45,172 nucleotides of DNA from Guillardia theta CCMP2712 (Eukaryota; Protista; Cryptophyta), in contig NW_005434524.1 of assembly GCF_000315625.1 (NCBI RefSeq), positions 1 to 45,172 of the forward strand, given 5' to 3'. The notes beneath the pieces are model-generated. The model was not told the origin of the DNA, ran no database searches, and saw only the letters and a list, made by a program, of their open reading frames with translations. Positions 41,901 through 45,172 of the stretch are shown here, piece after piece. Made by a program: the position numbers and the translations under genes. How positions within the stretch are numbered: position 1 is the first letter of the stretch; every line of letters starts with the position of its first letter.

Positions 41901-44900
41901 AGCTCCGCATTCTCGCAGTAGGAGATCTGGTTTGGTCCGGTAAGAGTGACTTGAGGAGCGGGCAGAAGGCTTGGAGCGTCGACCACGACCGACTGTTCAA
42001 CTCCTTCCGTGCTGGAGATTCCTTGGAAGTCGCTCACATTGCCGATGAAGCTAAGGGTGTTTGTTGGCATGAGGACGGCTTCTCTTCCGAGAAATACTCT
42101 GAGCTGGCTTGCTGTCAGCCAGTAACAGTGATATCCATTGCCCAGAGAGGATAGGTTTCCTGCGGCGATCACCAACGAGCAGTCTACTCGTCTTAAAGGT
42201 GCGTTGGTGTCCTGGTCAAAATCGAGAGTGAGCTGCGAGCCAAAGCCGTTGAAGCTTGCTCCTGTCAACTTGGGCGATGTGACGAGGGTGAAGTTAGCGA
42301 TGCCTGCGACAGTCTCGTCTCCCTTGAGAGCTGCACGCAAGAAGTACGTTTGCAGAGGCAAAGTCTGAGACAGGACGGAAGGAGTCTCGATGCTGACAAG
42401 GTATTTGCCACCTGAGAATATCAGACTCTTAATGCCGGTCGAAGAGTTGCTCAAGGTGAAGATGAAGCTTGAAGATGTGAGAGATGGGGGAAATCCGGTA
42501 AGTTGAATGCTCATGAGGGTTCGTCTTGACATGGGAGCAATGCAACCCTTCACACATAATGCTTGTGTTGATAGTGAAAAAAATAAAACTTCTGCTCTTG
42601 CCGATTTGTCTTGTTGAAAAACTGTCAAAGCCTCCACTTTTGGAGCATTGCTTGAAATTTCTGCCACAACTGAACTTCCTGCAAAACAATGCGATAGTCA
42701 GACCAAGTCAGTTGAAATTATGTGTTCAATCACTAACCAAACATGTCCGAGAAGATAATCTCAATCACAGAGAATATAGTGCTCCCAACTCGAACCTGCA
42801 AATCTGCAGCATTGGACAACGGAGGAAAGCCTGTGATTTGAATGGTTACTCGGGAGAGTTTACTGGAAGGCAGCTCCGAGGGTGATACAGACAAGACCAT
42901 TGCCGTCGGCTGCGGGATGGAAAGATCTTTTTCAAAATCAAAGCTTTGGATTCCAAAATTAGCAGATGAGTTGCTGGCGATTCTGATCTTTGTCTTGACA
43001 ACCTTGAGCAATGGCGGAATCGAGATCTCGATGACTACTTTTTCTGCGTCAGAGGACAAAACCTTGGGTGAATCAAGTAAGAGGATCAAAGAAATGATTC
43101 AAGTCTTACTACCTTGAGATGCAAATCTCTGCGGGCATTCGAAAGCAGGATCTCTTTGTCAGGGCCGTATATGACAACCACCATCCCATTCTTCCGATTG
43201 AAAGATTGGGGGATGTTCAGCAGGGTAGCCTGCAAGGAGCAGCTCTTGACTACACTGCAATCTGAGTTCATGAATTTCAAATCCTGCAACGACGGGGATG
43301 CTAGGAAGTTCAAATAAGCTCCGGTTGGATGAAATGTTCCATCGCATTCAAAGAAGATTGAACGAGATTCCGCAGTGCTGATAGTGGGCGATAATCCGTG
43401 GACAAGCATTGAGTTCGAAGTTTGAACAACAGAAGAATAATTCCACATATGAAGCAATCCGATGTAGATGGAGCATTGCAATGGAAAGCCGGAAGGCCAA
43501 GTATAAAACATAATGTTGATCGCTTCTTGTCCAGACGTCAAGACCGTTGCAGGAAAAACTGTTGGGAGCGGAAAGTTGTAGGTGAATGAGAACTTTGCGA
43601 GACGCTTCATCTCAGCATCGAGAAAGAATCCTGACTCTGTTCCTGCAAAAGATGTAGGAGGACAGTTGGCCGAAACAAGAGCTTTTGAGAGCTGGGAGAC
43701 AGGAACCGGTAGTGAAATGTTGGGAGGAAACTGCACCCATGCTACCAAATCTGACTTTTCAAAAGCAAGAACATTGAACTTGATTTCAGAGCCTCCAGAT
43801 TGAGCACAAGACTGCGGCTGAACACCTGGAATGTCTGCCAAGCAGGCAATCGAGTCCGATGATGCGCAAGGGCTACATTCTTGAGACGCTGGAAACATGC
43901 GATACTTTCCTTTACCACATTGCGTGCAGCGATCACTTCCTGTCGCAGAAATCCAGTCATCCGCACAGGGTTGACACGCGGAGAGGCCAAGCGCTTGTTT
44001 GTACTTGCCCGCCGGACATGCCACACACGACCCTGCGTCCTCCTGCGAGTATCCCGGCTTGCAGACGCAAGCGGATACGTTTGCGCTGGTCGTCGACGCT
44101 GTCGTGCTGTTCTCGGAGCACTTGCTGCACCCCACGTTGCCGACCGTGCTCTTGTACGTCCCTACAGCACACGGCAGGCAGGAGGCGTTGTCGTAAGCGT
44201 AGCCAACGTTGCACTGACACCAGCTGACGTTGACACTCCCGGCCTCCGAGGTCGCGTGTGGGAAGCAAGTACTGCACAAGGTCTGGCCGCTCGTATTGCT
44301 GTAGGTGCCCGCTGGACATACCAGACAGTCGAAGGAGCTCGACGCCCCAGCTGTAGTGTTGGATATGAAGTATCCAGCTGGGCACACACACGTCTCTACT
44401 CCGGTGGCAAGACCTGAGCTCAACGTGTTGGCAGGGCAAGTCACGCACGATCCGTTGGAGATGTACTGGCCCTTGTCGCACTTGAGGCACTTGTTGCTAC
44501 TGCTGGTGTATCCTGGCTTGCATACGCACTGACTCAGCTGCGTGCTGCCTACCGACGGAGTGACAGAGTTGTTGGGGCAGTTAGTGCAAGCGCCTGGGCC
44601 GAGCGCTTGTTTGTACTTGCCCGCCGGACATGCCACACACGACCCTGCGTCCTCCTGCGAGTATCCCGGCTTGCAGACGCAAGCGGATACGTTTGCGCTG
44701 GTCGTCGACGCTGTCGTGCTGTTCTCGGAGCACTTGCTGCACCCCACGTTGCCGACCGTGCTCTTGTACGTCCCTACAGCACACGGCAGGCAGGAGGCGT
44801 TGTCGTAAGCGTAGCCAACGTTGCACTGACACCAGCTGACGTTGACACTCCCGGCCTCCGAGGTCGCGTGTGGGAAGCAAGTACTGCACAAGGTCTGGCC

Positions 44901-45172
44901 GCTCGTATTGCTGTAGGTGCCCGCTGGACATACCAGACAGTCGAAGGAGCTCGACGCCCCAGCTGTAGTGTTGGATATGAAGTATCCAGCTGGGCACACA
45001 CACGTCTCTACTCCGGTGGCAAGACCTGAGCTCAACGTGTTGGCAGGGCAAGTCACGCACGATCCGTTGGAGATGTACTGGCCCTTGTCGCACTTGAGGC
45101 ACTTGTTGCTACTGCTGGTGTATCCTGGCTTGCAGATACAGTCCACGTTGCTAGTCCTCCCCTCGTACTTTG
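38933..45172 (-). CDS. 3' part of a giant single-pass surface protein: Cys-rich GCC2/GCC3-type repeats, Ig/IPT-like domains, PKD/REJ-like region, GPS-like motif, TM (multi-exon; extends beyond the window)
   Basis: Repeated CxxCPAGxY/CxCxPGY units; IEGGNRTL..VVLNASSSEDLD and PPTGGQCTVLP..F..TC..W (REJ); CVLW....WSLDAC..FCSC (GPS); hydrophobic WAMFTIIIVTLLFGLLISLVMF. Confidence 0.8.
43990..45134. repeat. Intragenic duplication, 612-bp period; ~533-bp blocks 43990-44522 and 44602-45134 appear identical
   Basis: The same peptides recur in several frames of the ORF track 612 bp apart. Confidence 0.93.

Overview
This is eukaryotic nuclear DNA, most likely a left chromosome end plus subtelomere. 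It has plant-type TTTAGGG telomeric repeats and short GT-AG introns (46-90 nt where mapped); the gene content resembles a cryptophyte alga such as Guillardia theta (inference). The first ~7 kb is a head-to-tail array of retroelement-like units inserted into telomeric repeats, with the sense strand equal to the G-rich telomere strand. These units share a 3' motif TCTAATAAACTCA plus an (AAT)n or (ACT)n tail joined to GGGTTT, and family A carries a 19-bp 5'-terminal repeat. One intact unit encodes only a 724-aa orphan ORF with no RT; another is the C-terminus of a restriction-like-endonuclease LINE. Relics of these families, still attached to telomeric repeats, recur at 16.7-17.3 kb and ~24.3-25.1 kb. 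Genes: an uninterrupted LRR-Roc-COR-Zn-TIR Roco protein; a scrap zone of Ty3/chromovirus, Crinkler-like and ankyrin fragments; a RAD5/HLTF-like SNF2-RING helicase; a UBA-domain gene; a voltage-sensing phosphatase with extra C2, cNMP-like, PH and GRAM-like modules; four near-identical tandem copies of a spliced, highly divergent TBP-like gene; and the 3' part of a giant Cys-repeat/REJ/GPS single-pass membrane protein. There is one assembly gap (21357-22187). All domain calls are by-eye motif recognition, not database searches.
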